Source: Bilabrum cf. latius (lineage: Eukaryota). Taken from it: a stretch of 64,000 bases of DNA. The translations under genes and the position numbers were made by a program. Location: positions 496,001-560,000 of the forward strand of contig OZ237766.1 of the NCBI GenBank assembly GCA_965178125.1, read 5' to 3'. Position 1 is the first letter of the stretch. Every line of letters starts with the position of its first letter. Shown here in pieces: positions 63,514 through 64,000 of this stretch. The notes beneath the pieces were generated by a model. That model was given only the letters and a program-made list of their open reading frames with translations. It did not search any database and had not been told where the DNA came from.

Positions 63514-64000
63514 TCAATCAAATCTCTTTTTCATCTCGGAAATCGCTAATGCAAGACTATCTGCATTACGGATAGGCGTATGACGATCTCTGTAATAGTC
63601 AATTACTTCAAGAAATGGCTAATTTGCCTGAATTAGTCTTGCCACGTCTGCAGTACAGGCGTCAACCCATCCCAAATCCAAATAAATGAGAGTCCCACAT
63701 GGCCATGCTGAACATTTTTCCACAATACTTTCATCAATTCCTTTGCAACCCTCTAGATTGAGTGTTTCTAGCCGCTTACATGAATTGACCAGTGAACTGA
63801 TCCCGCATGCAGTCAAACCATCATTCCAAGAAACATCGAGGAATAAAAGACTGCTGGAAAGGGCACTCTTTGCAAGCTCAAACAAGTCAGCATCAATAAT
63901 ACACCCGCATCTTGCAAGAGATAGCTTCTGTAGATGGATACATGATGAAGCTAAGCTGCTAACGAGGTCCGTAGCTGAGTCCATGTCAAGTTTGCGAGCG
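63514..64000 (-). CDS. Leucine-rich repeat (RNI/FBXL-like) protein, C-terminal part; runs off the window
   Basis: LQKLSLARCGCIIDADL, LLFLDVSWNDGLTACGI, LETLNLEGCKGI, LIYLDLGWVD. Reads through TAG 63619-63621 (PFLEVIDYY...) to TGA 63514-63516. Confidence 0.85.

Noticed and set aside
7529-64000. Mass pseudogenisation or RIP-like C-to-T mutation as the source of in-frame TAG
   Set aside because: Decay or CpA mutation would also create TAA (from CAA), TGA and frameshifts. None were seen in tens of kb, and NDUFV1, kinesin and CLK catalytic motifs are intact.
7529-64000. UAG as Trp (A-to-I editing) or pyrrolysine
   Set aside because: TAGs are abundant in coiled coils, Gln-rich and disordered segments, including tandem TAG TAG, which is atypical of Trp or Pyl. 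Only one repeat column pairs TAG with TGG. U-to-C editing cannot be excluded from DNA alone.
7529-64000. Ciliate-type code with both UAA and UAG as Gln
   Set aside because: No internal TAA was seen in any long frame, and TAA ends the kinesin and the 33194 gene.

Overview
Gene-dense eukaryotic nuclear DNA from a protist, with GT-AG introns, a mitochondrial complex I subunit, kinesin and a CLK kinase. The protein repertoire looks stramenopile/bicosoecid-like, which is inference only. The main result is an apparent non-standard nuclear genetic code. The fragmented ORF track collapses into long single-frame genes once TAG is read as sense. In the frames I traced, TAA and TGA appear only at gene ends. 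The best-supported meaning is UAG=Gln, from NDUFV1 DRIF*NLYG and FG-GAP H*KIS versus HQKVS/YQKIS; Glu is not fully excluded. Recoded genes: ankyrin/PINK1-like kinase/WW protein, two disordered paralogs, a ~2,550-aa reeler/FG-GAP/multi-TM receptor-like protein, SAM methyltransferase, two tandem membrane-protein paralogs, NDUFV1, CLK/LAMMER kinase, a ~2,145-aa kinesin, a ~4,640-aa multi-GAF protein and a partial LRR protein. Also present: a 145-bp satellite array with dimeric higher-order structure, a 56-bp minisatellite, and a 10-mer (GTGACGAGTG) found 16 times in both orientations, mostly inside coding sequence.
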